DNA of 64,000 nucleotides, taken from positions 129,077 to 193,076 of the forward strand of contig CBDBGH010000001.1 of assembly GCA_965205265.1 (NCBI GenBank), given 5' to 3'. The notes below the pieces were generated by a model. It did not search any database. It was not told the origin of the DNA and was given only the letters and a program-made list of their open reading frames with translations. The DNA comes from Alphaproteobacteria bacterium (GTDB taxonomy: Bacteria > Pseudomonadota > Alphaproteobacteria > Bin95). Below, piece after piece: positions 1-10,815 of the stretch (positions are counted from its first letter, which is position 1; each line of letters starts with the position of its first letter). Position numbers and translations under genes: made by a program.

Positions 1-168
1 GGCAGGATGACCCGTCCGTATTCGGACTGCTTGAAGTCGCCGCGCAGGATCTCGGCGACCGACCAGACGAAACCGCCCAGGTCCCTGATTTCCACCGCCA
101 TCCGCGCCTCCGTCCGTCCGTTTCCCCGCGCGGATGTGCCCGCGTCCGCGCCGTGATACCCGTGAAGA

Positions 169-360
169 ATGAACAGATTCCCGGTGAGTGGTATCAGTAG
201 CAGACCCGCATGGTCACTGTCCACTGACTGCGGCAGGCGGATCGAATTCGATGGGATGGAGGGCGCTCACAGCGTCCTGTGGAAGAAAGGTGGGCTGGCC
301 ACCGACGGTAACCTGCGGCTGCTTTGCAAACCCTGCGACCGGGAAAAGGACAGTCGGTGA
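169..360 (+). pseudogene. HNH endonuclease remnant
   Basis: Translation has C-G-x-x-I...MEGAH...W..GG.AT.GNLRLLCKPCDREK, an HNH-like pattern with degenerate catalytic residues; no convincing start. Confidence 0.4.
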
Positions 361-564
361 TCGGTTTCAATGACCCAAATGGTCAAATGGTCCAGTGGAA
401 CATAAACCAGTGGAATGACCGTATTGGTTATGGTGGTCGACTTCTGACATTTGGAACGACAGAAGTCGTTCCTGACGGTTCCTCTGCTGGTGCAACACTC
501 ATTGACTTCATTGTGTCGGCACCGCACTTGCTGGCCGCCTCAAACACGGACGGAAAGCCTCCGG

Positions 565-1083
565 ATGACCGGTGTGATATGTGAAGTCCTGAAGGATTTC
601 CAGACCGCCATTGTAGGCGTGGTTGGTTTTGCCGGTGTGATCCTGACCCTGTCCGCCAACGCCTGCCTGACCCGCAGACAGCACGAGAGGGAACAGGCAG
701 GGCGTCGCAGAGTGGTTGAGACTGGCCTGCATGAAGAGCTCGGAGCGTTTCCTGGAATGGTCGAACGGAACCTGGAACACATTGATTCAATCAAGGATAA
801 CGACCGCAGCGACCTGAACATCCTGCGTGTTCGCCCCATCGTTTCCGACCACCTGATCTTGGATGTTGGAATGCTTGAAAGGAACAGGGCACAGGCCGCA
901 CTGCGGGGCGTGATGACGGTGCATGAGCTGAACAGGAAACTGGTTCTGTTCGCGGATGGAATATCGGAAGACTACATCCGTGTGAAAAGGGAAAAGACCG
1001 CTTGTCTGACAGCGGCGTACCAAAGCGCATTGCCTGGACTGCGTAAAGCTGTCGAAGCGCCTGCGCCCAATGAAAGACGATGA
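565..1083 (+). CDS. hypothetical protein with N-terminal transmembrane helix
   Basis: ATG 565; hydrophobic AIVGVVGFAGVILTLSANA followed by a charged helical region. Confidence 0.55.
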   Translation: MTGVICEVLKDFQTAIVGVVGFAGVILTLSANACLTRRQHEREQAGRRRVVETGLHEELGAFPGMVERNLEHIDSIKDNDRSDLNILRVRPIVSDHLILDVGMLERNRAQAALRGVMTVHELNRKLVLFADGISEDYIRVKREKTACLTAAYQSALPGLRKAVEAPAPNERR

Positions 1084-1346
1084 ACGATGGGCCGGCAGGC
1101 CTATATGGTCAAGCCCACTCGTGTCCAGACAGCTTCCCGTAACCTGGCTGTCCGGCCTGTGCCGGACGGTTGACAGCTTCGCCGGAAAAAACGCCGCCCG
1201 CGGCCTGGCCGCGGGCGGACTTTACCATGGTGGATCCCCTCATCCTGATCAGGGAAAGCACCACACTTGCCCCACAGCTGTCGCTTCCGTATGACTGACG
1301 CATGAAAAACGAATCGCCAGACGCCGCGGATTGTGGTAAGCTGAAG

Positions 1347-1502
1347 AAGCGGCCAAGCGGCCAAGCGGCCAAGCGGCCAAGCGGCCAAGCGGCCAAGCGG
1401 CCAAGCGGCCAAGCGGCCAAGCGGCCAAGCGGCCAAGCGGCCAAGCGGCCAAGCGGCCAAGCGGCCAAGCGGCCAAGCGGCCAAGCGGCCAAGCGGCCAA
1501 GC
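1347..1502 (+). repeat. perfect 8-bp tandem repeat (AAGCGGCC)x19 plus partial unit
   Basis: 19 identical units 1347-1498 plus AAGC, ending directly before ATG 1503. Confidence 0.97.
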
Positions 1503-2811
1503 ATGAAGCCAACTGGCTGAACCGGACGCTGTTCCACGGCGATAACCTGACGTTTCTCCGCGCGATGAACTCCGAATCGGTGGACCTGATCGCCACCGAC
1601 CCCCCGTTCAACAAGGGCCGCGACTTCCACGCCACACCCGACAGCTTGGCCGCCGGAGCCAGGTTCCAGGACCGCTGGTCCTGGGAGCGTGATGTCCATA
1701 CGGAGTGGGTGGATCAGCTGACCGACGACCAACCGAAACTGATGGCGGCCATCAACGCCGCCCGGGCCACCCAAAGCGACGGCATGGGCGCCTATCTGTG
1801 CTTCATGTCTGTGCGGCTGCTGGAGATGCGGCGGGTACTGAAGAAGACGGGCAGCATCTACCTGCATTGCGACCCCACCGCCAGCCATTACCTCAAGGCG
1901 GTCATGGACGCCATCTTCGGGTGGCGGAATTTCTGCAACGAGATTGTCTGGTGTTACACAAGCGGCGGCGTGAGCGATCATATTTCGAAAAGAAGCATGA
2001 TTTGATCATGTCTTATGCCAAATCACACAAAAGCTATACATTCAACACTCAATATCGTCCTTATTCAGCAGGAACGATGCAAAGAGGACTGACCCAATAT
2101 AAGAAGAATCTGAATGAAGCTTATCAATTGAGCAAAAAGGGTGCTGTGCAGAATGACTGGTGGACCGATATACAACCGATCCTAAGCCCTACCGCTAAAG
2201 AGCAGACTGGCTACCCGACCCAAAAGCCGTTAGCGCTCTATTCGCGCATCATCAAGGCGTCACCCAACGAAAACGATATTGTCCTGGACCCATTCGCAGG
2301 CTGCGCCATCACGCTGGTGGCGGCGGAAATTGTGGGAAGAAAATGGGTTGGCATGGACATTTGGGAAAATGCCAAATCCGTAATAGTCGAACGAATGGAA
2401 CGTGAAGGGTTGATTCAGAAGGGACGACAGGCGAAACAGGGAAACCTGTTCGCACGGGACATACACTTTACCGACCGGCCCCCGGAACGAACCGATGAAG
2501 GCGACGAGGCTGTGCTTTTCCTCCGCGTCAGGGAGCGGGTCAGGGAACCTGACGGCCCGCGTTGGACGCGTAGGGAGATGTATGAGTATCTTCTGACGCA
2601 GTACGGCTATCAATGCATGGGCTGTAACCGGACATCCGACGACGACCCGCGCTGTCTTGAGCTTGACCACAACACGCCGCGTTCCGACGGCGGGCTGAAC
2701 CACATATCCAACCGCATCCTGCTGTGCGGGCCGTGCAACCGGCTCAAGAGCAACACCTTCACGCTCAGCGGACTGCGGCGGGAAAACAGGAAGCTTGGAC
2801 ATATGAAACGA
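1503..2811 (+). pseudogene. N6A/N4C DNA methyltransferase (beta-class order) fused to C-terminal HNH nuclease, frameshifted
   Basis: NRTLFHGDNL...DLIATDPPFN (catalytic motif), then GYPTQKP and VLDPFAGC (SAM binding), then CMGC...LELDHNTPRSDGG..NRILLCGPCNRLK (HNH). Frameshifts near 1508 and ~1975; CGA at 2809 may be a lost TGA. Confidence 0.85.
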
Positions 2812-2854
2812 AGCCAGACGGCGAGCGCAAAGGCGAATTTTTCAGATACAGCCA

Positions 2855-3895
2855 ATGTTCAGGTCCGGCCCCCGCCGGGCGGTTCAGCAACCAGGGAGAG
2901 AACAATTGGGATACAGCAACCATTCACATCCGGCGCCTCTGGCCATCCTGGCCATCGCGGCATCGGGACTTCTGGCCGCCTGCGGTGGCGGCTCGGGGAC
3001 CGCGACCGGATCGCAACCAGCCTATTCGGAAGATCCGCCCCAGGAAACGGTCGCCGAAATTTCGGTCAGGCTGGCCGGGCTGGATTCACGGTCGGATTCC
3101 CGTTTCCTGTCCGCTCTTTACGTAGAGGACATTGACAAACGTCCATTTATACCTGTCTGTGAGGGAGACGTGAGCCTCTCCGAGTCGATGTGCTATTTTC
3201 ATTCAAGTCCGGATGCAGCTTCCCCATATACGCATAGAGGTCTGCAAGGATTCCCCTTTACGGCTTCCGGGCTGGAAGCCAGAACAGCTTTCAGCAGGCA
3301 TGGCATCACCATTGTCGCTCAGGAACACGACAACGAAGCTGGTGACGTGGACTTTCTCAGGTACGGAGCCGTCATGAATCACAGCGCGTTCGCTGCTCAA
3401 GGCGTCGGCGAATTGGTTTATCTAGAGGTATTCGGCCAGTACCTTCCACTCAGATTGGATGACATCTCTCCTCCTTTCGGATGGAGACGGCGTTCCTACG
3501 CATTCGGTGACCTGACGGGATCAGGTCCGGACGGTTCGGCCACATGGACCGGACTCATGGTCGGCGTTCCGATCAGTGACAGAGCCGAAGACCGCTCCAA
3601 CTTCCTGCAGGGGGACGCTTCACTCACATACGACTTCGCGGATACATCTCTGGACGCATCGTTCACCGGCATAAGGAACATCGTCACGAAAGCGGACCAC
3701 TCGGTCCGGCGCCTCCGGTTCGATGACATTCCGGTTTCCGACGACGGGAGGTTTCATGGATACGAACTGGAGCCAGGTATCAGAAAGGAGATCGCCGGCG
3801 GCTTCTACGGTCCCGGACAGGCGGAAACCGCTGGCATTCTCGAGTACGTCGAGGCGGGGGAGGGAATTGTCGGATCATTCGGAGCCAGGCGGTAG
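2855..3895 (+). CDS. surface lipoprotein with TbpB-like C-terminal beta-barrel
   Basis: Lipobox LLAA-CGGGSG; C-terminal GSATWTG...GGFYGPGQAETAG...VGSFGARR. Start uncertain. Confidence 0.7.
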   Translation: MFRSGPRRAVQQPGREQLGYSNHSHPAPLAILAIAASGLLAACGGGSGTATGSQPAYSEDPPQETVAEISVRLAGLDSRSDSRFLSALYVEDIDKRPFIPVCEGDVSLSESMCYFHSSPDAASPYTHRGLQGFPFTASGLEARTAFSRHGITIVAQEHDNEAGDVDFLRYGAVMNHSAFAAQGVGELVYLEVFGQYLPLRLDDISPPFGWRRRSYAFGDLTGSGPDGSATWTGLMVGVPISDRAEDRSNFLQGDASLTYDFADTSLDASFTGIRNIVTKADHSVRRLRFDDIPVSDDGRFHGYELEPGIRKEIAGGFYGPGQAETAGILEYVEAGEGIVGSFGARR

Positions 3896-4152
3896 ACAGC
3901 GCAGGTGTTGACGGCGGATTGTAAGGGCGGGATTCCGGCGGTTCCGGACACGAGGTGGCCGGTGGCGGTTTCGGGACGCCCGACATGGCGGACTTTTTCG
4001 GCGCAACGCGGCCGTAGCGTGTGGACAGCGTCCGGCCGGTTTCAGGCCGTATCAGGCGCAGGAGCGGCGCTTTCTCGCCCAGCGCACTGAGACCTGACCG
4101 CCAATCCCAGGGTCCGGCATCCACCGGAGGTCCATCAACCAGGGAGAGAGAC

Positions 4153-5520
4153 ATGGAATCCGAAACACGATCAGGCCCAGCACCATTGACCCTACCGGTC
4201 CTTGTGGCCGCGGCTTTCCTGACCGCCTGCGGCGGCGGAGGAGAGGGCGGCGGAACCGCGCCCGGGATGGCGGGGCTGGGCGACCATACGCGGCGCCCCG
4301 GCGACACCGTCCGCCTGGGCGGGGAGCGCCTGTCGGTCCAGAATAGCGTGACGTTCCGTTCGGGGACGCTGCGCGACCCCAACGCCCGGAGCGCGGCGAC
4401 CGTGGCGGCCTATCTCAACAATGTCGGTTATGACGAGGATGAAGCAACCACATACCTGGTGCCAACCGGACCGGTCACCCTCCGGGTCCACGGCGGGACG
4501 GCCGGTGAGGTCGCGATGGTCAGGAGGATCGCCGCCGACATGAACCGGGTGCTGCCGCGCAGCCACCGGGTGTCCGTCGGCACCGGAACCCTCGACGTGT
4601 CGGAATTCGGGGCGGGGAGTACCCGGGACGTGATCGATATCTGGATCACGTCGGGCAGGGCCGACTGGCCGCGGGATCTGGTTGAAAGGCATCCTACCGC
4701 TCTGGGGATCGGCGGCCCGTTACGAATATGGAGCCGAATCGAGGGTCATTCATGGAAGGCCGGACGGGTTCTCCTCAACCGGAACACACGCGACCTCCAT
4801 CCACTCACAATCCACGAGATACTGCATGCCTACGGGATAACGGGCCATGTCAGTAACGCACGGTTCCCGTCCAGCTTCATGGATCGCATACCGGCGCGAT
4901 CGACAGCGGGGTCGCTTACGACCTCGATCGACGGCGAGGCGCTCGTCGCCCTGACGCGGATGATGCAACGCAGGCCGTTCCGTCCGGGAGCCGGGATCAA
5001 GGCAGGTCAGGTCAGGCCCGACCATTTCGGTCCCTGGACCGAGACCGTCTTCCACATCGCCGGGACGGCCGGTCCCGCCGGTTTCGGCGCCTCCTGGCGC
5101 AACGGCGTGGCGCGGAGCTGGGTCCTTGGCACGAAACCCGCAGGCCCCGTCTCCGGCACCCTGTCCGGAAGCGCGGTCTGGGAGGGCGCCCTGGCGGGCT
5201 TCACCGCTGCCGGCGCGACGGTGACCGGCGACGCGGCCATAGGTGTGGACTTCGCCGCCATGTCCGGGCGGGCGGAATTCGACCGGCTGGAAAGCTGGGG
5301 CGACGGGGGACATCCCGGGCCGCGCGGAACCGGCGCCGTCTGGGGCGACGGCGATCTGGGCTACACGCTCGGGGTCTCCGCCGACGGTCTCGGGTTCAGG
5401 TCGACCGGCGGCGATCCGGGGAGCGTCGAAGGAGCCTTTCTGGGCGCGGGCCACGAGGGCGTCGGCGGAACGCTGGACCACCCGGATCTGGTGGCCGCGT
5501 TCGGCGCGGTCCGTGAATGA
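4153..5520 (+). CDS. lipoprotein with zinc metalloprotease (metzincin-like) domain and TbpB-like barrel
   Basis: AGGGAG upstream of ATG 4153; lipobox FLTA-CGGGG; HEILHAYGITGH; C-terminal GSAVWEG...GAFLGAGHEGVGG...AAFGAVRE. Confidence 0.75.
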   Translation: MESETRSGPAPLTLPVLVAAAFLTACGGGGEGGGTAPGMAGLGDHTRRPGDTVRLGGERLSVQNSVTFRSGTLRDPNARSAATVAAYLNNVGYDEDEATTYLVPTGPVTLRVHGGTAGEVAMVRRIAADMNRVLPRSHRVSVGTGTLDVSEFGAGSTRDVIDIWITSGRADWPRDLVERHPTALGIGGPLRIWSRIEGHSWKAGRVLLNRNTRDLHPLTIHEILHAYGITGHVSNARFPSSFMDRIPARSTAGSLTTSIDGEALVALTRMMQRRPFRPGAGIKAGQVRPDHFGPWTETVFHIAGTAGPAGFGASWRNGVARSWVLGTKPAGPVSGTLSGSAVWEGALAGFTAAGATVTGDAAIGVDFAAMSGRAEFDRLESWGDGGHPGPRGTGAVWGDGDLGYTLGVSADGLGFRSTGGDPGSVEGAFLGAGHEGVGGTLDHPDLVAAFGAVRE

Positions 5521-5697
5521 ACGGCTCCGGGCTGGAACCAAGCCGTTACAGGATATCTGCCCGAAAGCGGGCAGGCCTTTCCATGTGGGGGAAACCGCTG
5601 GAACCGGATCCCGCGCCGTATGGTTCCCCGCTCACGTCTGGTGTGGTTTCAGTCGCTTCCGCATGCTGGCAGCATCCCTTTCATCCGGTTGGCCCGA

Positions 5698-5928
5698 TCA
5701 GGTCTCCCCATCGGCGGCCGGCGCGGGGGCGCCGTTGTCCCTGGGAATTCTCGCCAGTTGCCTGAAGAGATGTGGATGGCCACGCTTCAAGGACGGATCC
5801 CCCCGCACGGTGGTGATCAGGTGGCTGCCGTCCGGCTTGGATCGCAGCTCCATCATGCCCCTTCTGGCGTCATACCAGACAGCCAACTTGAAATAGACTG
5901 TGTTGCCAGGTTCTGATTTCTCGAACAT
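5698..5928 (-). CDS. small hypothetical protein
   Basis: 76-aa ORF MFEKSEPGNTVYFKLAVWYD... with a purine-rich upstream sequence. Confidence 0.5.
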   Translation of the reverse strand: MFEKSEPGNTVYFKLAVWYDARRGMMELRSKPDGSHLITTVRGDPSLKRGHPHLFRQLARIPRDNGAPAPAADGET

Positions 5929-7330
5929 TCCGTCTTCCCTTGGTTCCGTTTGGCATCGGCTTCGTGTCGATGTCATGGCTGGTCTCCCCTGTGCTGCCCT
6001 TTGGCATGTTGGCACAAAGGCGGGAAACGGGCCATCCTGCGCTTCGCCGACCCCATAAAGCTGGCGGCGTGATCGGATAGGCGCGGCCCGAGCCGAAGTC
6101 AAACTACTGCAGGCGGTCCGCGTGGCAAATGCCGACGCGTGCGGAAGCACTCACCAAGCTTGATTCATGCATTGCCTGGGATACGCACCATGTTCCAGAA
6201 CCCGACATACTGGACGGCCCGAACCTGCTGGAACGCGCCGCAACTCGCTTCCTCGTGGATGGCGTTGATCGGCAGGACATTCCTAAGCTCCCCTTTGCGA
6301 TGCTGTTAGGCTTTGGCCTTCAACCTCATTTGAGGTCTGTCCTGGGTGTTTTTCGATGTTATCCTCTTCCATTAGCCCGGACAGGAAACCTCTGACGCAT
6401 GAACCGCTCAATTCTGCGGCCATTGTCGTGGTTCATTCCAAGAACAAGACCGCATTCAGACAGTTGCATCACAGGAATTGAGTGATTGATGCGATAGCGG
6501 TTCTGTCGGGCGTACCATTTTCCATAGTCCGTGTAGAGATGCTGAATAGGTGGTGGCCCGGCGCGACCCTAGCGAAGTGGATTTCCGCTCTAGCGGCGGG
6601 CATCGCCAAATATGTGGCTACGATCCGTGGGAGGCCCTCTGATGTCCATCAACGCCTCGGCCATCGTTGCGACCCTGAACCACGAACCGGGATACGAGTA
6701 AATCGTGAGACATGCCGCGGATCAGGAACGTGGCTGTCACGTCTCGCCTCCGGTTCGCTTCGAGGCCCCCGCCGCCCTCGGTCGCGTTCGGAAGCGCGGC
6801 GCCCCGACTTTGACCAGCGCGAACTGGCCGAACGGCCCGTCGGCACCTTCTGCGACGAAATCGAGGCACGGAACACCGACATTGCGCGGGCGGTCGGTCA
6901 ACAGACCAATCTCGCGGCGCGGCCCTACGGCAAAATGGTCGGTCATGAGGCCGACCTGAACTCGGGGACTGCTTCGCCTACGCCTGTGCGCGGGCCTGCG
7001 GCGACCAGCTATCCACAGGGGCGATGACTTCGCCGGAACGGATATGGCATGAGTGCGGAAGGGCGGCGGGTGAAGTGCCCGCGCCCCCGAAATATCGCGC
7101 AATAACTGGTTTTTCTGGTCTGAATCCGCCTCCACCGGTCCGCCCCTCGGCAGATCCGACCCCTGGCGGTTTCCCCTTACGCAGGGGCCGAACGCGGAGG
7201 TGCCGGTGGGACCCTGACGCCCGGGCGAGGTCCCTCCGTGCGTTTTCTTCGGAAACCTGTTGATTCCCTCCCGGATATGGTAAGGTGTCTCACGTGTCAG
7301 GTATATGGTTCCCGGAAAAAGGATGGCGCC

Positions 7331-8644
7331 ATGGCCGAATTCAGACGGGAGGCCCTGCAGGATTTCGTCGACACCACCGATGGGGACACACCCCCAGTCT
7401 ACATCGGGCGGCAGGATATCCTCAGGAAGGTCGAAGGCTACGCCAGCAGCACGTGGAAAGGGCCAGGCGCCGATGTCCATGGCGTCGGCAAGGCCACCAG
7501 TGTCGTGCAGGGCGCTCCCGGGGCCGGCAAGAGCGCCCTCATCGACGAACTCCGGGAAAGGGCGGCGACCAGCGCCCATCTGCCGGAGCGGTCGCGGGTC
7601 CTCACCCTTTCCAGCAGGGATCTGGTCATCGGACTGCCGGACGTACTTGAACTCATCGGTCTGGCCGGAGGTGTTTCCGCCAGCATATGGGAAAAACTGT
7701 CAACCGGTCTTTCGCTGGGAGTCGACCTGGAGGCCGTCAAGGCCCGTGCCAACCTGTCATGGTCGGCGCCCGGCAGCTCCCATCCCGAAAATATCCTGTC
7801 CCTGGCAAGGAAGTTTCCGGCGGGGAAATGGCAGGGACCGGTCATCGTCTGCGTCGACGAGACCCAGAACCTGACCGGAGGGAAGGACACCCCCCACGCC
7901 TCTTTCCTGCAGGCTGTGCACGAGGGCCGCTCGAGCCTGCCGCTCTCGCTGGTTGCGGTCGGGTTGAGCGACACGGCGGATGTACTCGATGGCATGGGCC
8001 TGACACGGCTGTCCGTCCATCCCCTGGGCGGGTTATCCACCCAGCCGGACCCGGACCGGGACGGATACACCGAGGTCATGGACCTCATGCTGTCGTTCTG
8101 CGACCATTTCGGCATCGGACGCGAAGGCGAGACCGCAAGGCTCATGGCCCTGGCCGCACCCTGCGAGGGCTGGCCACGGCACCTGCATTACGCCCTGCAG
8201 GCCCTGGGACGCGGTGTCCTGGAGACCGCCGGCGACCTGGCCACCGTCGACTGGCCCACAATCCTGCGGGAGGCCGCCGACAGCCGTCAGGAATACTACC
8301 GGATACAGCAGAATCGGGATATGAAGGACAGCCATATGCTCGTGGCCCGCATCCTGCGGGATTTCCGCGATGGCATGGCAGGCAGTGCCGTCACGGACCT
8401 GATCCAGCGCTCCGTGGATGACCGTCCGGGGCTGCGGCTGCCCGAAGACGGAACCCCTCTGGGGTTTCGCAGCCTTCTGGTCCACCGCGGCGCCCTGCAC
8501 ATGGACCTGGACGGCGCCTATCATTGCCCCATCCCCTCGTTCCGCAGCTTCCTCGTCAGGGCCGGGGGGCTGGGTCCGGAGAGGTTTCCGGAACGGAACC
8601 CCACGGAAAGGGACATTGACCGGGATATGGACTTCAGCCCCTGA
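7331..8644 (+). CDS. AAA/P-loop ATPase
   Basis: YIGRQDIL, Walker A GAPGAGKS, Walker B VCVDETQ, GWPRHL. Confidence 0.8.
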   Translation: MAEFRREALQDFVDTTDGDTPPVYIGRQDILRKVEGYASSTWKGPGADVHGVGKATSVVQGAPGAGKSALIDELRERAATSAHLPERSRVLTLSSRDLVIGLPDVLELIGLAGGVSASIWEKLSTGLSLGVDLEAVKARANLSWSAPGSSHPENILSLARKFPAGKWQGPVIVCVDETQNLTGGKDTPHASFLQAVHEGRSSLPLSLVAVGLSDTADVLDGMGLTRLSVHPLGGLSTQPDPDRDGYTEVMDLMLSFCDHFGIGREGETARLMALAAPCEGWPRHLHYALQALGRGVLETAGDLATVDWPTILREAADSRQEYYRIQQNRDMKDSHMLVARILRDFRDGMAGSAVTDLIQRSVDDRPGLRLPEDGTPLGFRSLLVHRGALHMDLDGAYHCPIPSFRSFLVRAGGLGPERFPERNPTERDIDRDMDFSP

Positions 8645-9012
8645 TTCCGCCAGACCGGCATCATGGAACGTGGATGGCCCTCGGACGTTCCGCAGCCTCG
8701 CCGTCCTCTGCGCCGTGCGTACGGTCGCCGAGGTCAGGGCCCCGCCGCCGCGGCGGGCGGCTGCCCGGGGACATGCCGGAGCTGCCGGTCGGGTCCGTCA
8801 TGGTCGGGCGGTGGACACATATGGCCCGGGGTCTTCAGGTTTCGGTATTGACGCCTGACGGGCAGCTGTTCTTTCCATCCACCCGCCACCGCCGGCCGTC
8901 AAGCGTTCACGGATATGCCGGGTGGGTAGTGCATTCGCGGCGCGGACAGGATAGGATTGCCTCCGGGGCGGGGAAGTCGGCGGCGTGCCGCCCCGCCCGC
9001 CGGAGATGGAAT

Positions 9013-10815
9013 ATGGACGAAAAGCCGATCGGGGCCGTCTGGAGGCCGGTGCGCGACCTGGCGCCGGAGCATCGGGGCCTTGCGCATGAGCCTGCGCGGC
9101 AGGCCGCGGCCCGCTGGAGGGAGGCCCGCCGGAGGCTGGAGGATCCGGGGATCGACCGGTCCTCCATGGATCTCTGGCTCCAGTCGCAGAGGCGGGCGTT
9201 TGCCATCGAGACCGGCCAGATCGAGGGTCTTTACCTGCTGCGCCGGGGCGTGACCGAGACACTGATCGCCGAAGGCTTCGAGAACGTGCGCGGCGCGCAT
9301 TCGGTGAGCGACATCGGCGACGACACCCTGAGGGGTCTGCTGCAGGACCAGGAGGCGGCCCTTGAGATGATGTTCGCGCATGTGACGGACGAGCGCCCGC
9401 TGACGACATCCGCCATCAAGGAATGGCACGCGCTCCTGACGCGTCACCAGGACACCGCGACCGGTATCGACATCTTCGGGAAACGGGTCGAGATACCGCT
9501 GCTCAAGGGACAGTGGAAGATATGTCCCAACAATCCCCGCCGGGACGACGGGCACGTCCACGAATACTGCCCGCCGGAGCAGGTGGCGGCGGAGATGGAT
9601 CGGTTCCTGGAGTTTCACGAGGGGCATGCCGGGATGGGCCTCGCGCCCGAGACGGAGGCGGCATGGCTGCACCATGAGTTCGTGCGCATACATCCCTTCC
9701 AGGACGGCAACGGCCGGATTTCCCGGCTGCTGATGGCCTACGCCTACGCAAAGGCGGGAGAGTTCCTGCCGGTGATTCCCGCCCAGGGCAAACTGGACTA
9801 CATCGAAGCTCTCGACGCGGCGGACGAAGGCAGGTTCACCGCGTTCGTTGAATATCTCGGACTTCTGGCGACGGCGCGTTCCCAGGCGGCGGCTGTCCGC
9901 GCCGAAGGCATCCTCGCTGGCCGGACGAACTTCCGCCACGGCAATGGCGGCGTCACATCGAACGGGGTCTACCATCCGCCGGAGGAACTGGCTCCGGGCC
10001 CCGACCCGCGTATCGCCGACGACGCTGTCGTTCTCACCTGCGCGGTCTCCGAACGTATCGACTCCGCCTCTCCCGTTCACCGGAGTGCGCTACCCGTGGA
10101 CGTGGCGGAGGTACTGGAGGTATCGATCCAGGCTGGAGACGTTCCGGAGGACGAGGTCGATGGTGTCGCCCGCGGAATCGCGCGGAAGCGTGCCGAGACC
10201 GACCTGCGGGTTGCCACGGTCCGGGAGACCGGCGGTGGTGGGTATTCCGAGGCCAGGGCACAGTTCGAGGGGAACCCGGACTATCCGGAGATGGATCGCC
10301 AGGACGCCTACGAGGCTGCCATCCGGGACGGCCTTCGCCGCCTCGACGAAACTGTACCCGTTCCCTCGGAGACCGAGCGTCGCGTGGCGTGCGCCGTGGT
10401 CGCGACACGGGGCACCGGGCGGCACGGGCTGGCGCTGGCCCTTGCGCAGGCGCTGGAGCGTGGGACGCCGCCGACCGCGGACAGCATCCGTAGGGAGCGG
10501 GATGCCGTCATGGGGCAGCTGCGGGATGGCACGGAGATCGTTGACCCATACGAGGCGCGGCTGTTCCTGCGACGGGTCTACCGCAGCTACACCGCCGCGG
10601 AGATCATCGAGATGTCTGAGGGGAGGGGACAGCTCCTCCAGCGCCTGGCCGACGACGCGTCGCGGACGCGGGTCCGGGATAGGCTGTTGAGCCTGCACCG
10701 CGACGTCACCTATCCGGAGGCGTCTCCCTGGCGCGGACACCACGATGCCATCGCCCGCGCGGCCGGACTGGACCACCGCCACGAACGCGGCCTCGGCGTG
10801 GAGGTCGACATCTGA
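9013..10815 (+). CDS. Fic-family protein with long C-terminal extension
   Basis: Canonical HPFQDGNGRISR motif; ETGQIEG inhibitory-helix-like segment; roughly 270 aa of extra C-terminal sequence. Confidence 0.88.
   Translation: MDEKPIGAVWRPVRDLAPEHRGLAHEPARQAAARWREARRRLEDPGIDRSSMDLWLQSQRRAFAIETGQIEGLYLLRRGVTETLIAEGFENVRGAHSVSDIGDDTLRGLLQDQEAALEMMFAHVTDERPLTTSAIKEWHALLTRHQDTATGIDIFGKRVEIPLLKGQWKICPNNPRRDDGHVHEYCPPEQVAAEMDRFLEFHEGHAGMGLAPETEAAWLHHEFVRIHPFQDGNGRISRLLMAYAYAKAGEFLPVIPAQGKLDYIEALDAADEGRFTAFVEYLGLLATARSQAAAVRAEGILAGRTNFRHGNGGVTSNGVYHPPEELAPGPDPRIADDAVVLTCAVSERIDSASPVHRSALPVDVAEVLEVSIQAGDVPEDEVDGVARGIARKRAETDLRVATVRETGGGGYSEARAQFEGNPDYPEMDRQDAYEAAIRDGLRRLDETVPVPSETERRVACAVVATRGTGRHGLALALAQALERGTPPTADSIRRERDAVMGQLRDGTEIVDPYEARLFLRRVYRSYTAAEIIEMSEGRGQLLQRLADDASRTRVRDRLLSLHRDVTYPEASPWRGHHDAIARAAGLDHRHERGLGVEVDI

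Noticed and set aside
1347-1502. CRISPR array
   Set aside because: Contiguous 8-bp units with no spacers and no cas genes; it is a simple sequence repeat
1101-1981. Minus-strand ORFs with AAWPLGRL repeats
   Set aside because: Shadow translations of the SSR and of the MTase antisense strand
2812-3135. C-terminal extension of the MTase-HNH ORF
   Set aside because: Low-information sequence overlapping the lipoprotein gene; probably read-through of a lost stop
8674-9012. N-terminal 113 aa of the 713-aa Fic ORF
   Set aside because: Not protein-like; ATG 9013 has an upstream GGAG and begins the recognisable sequence
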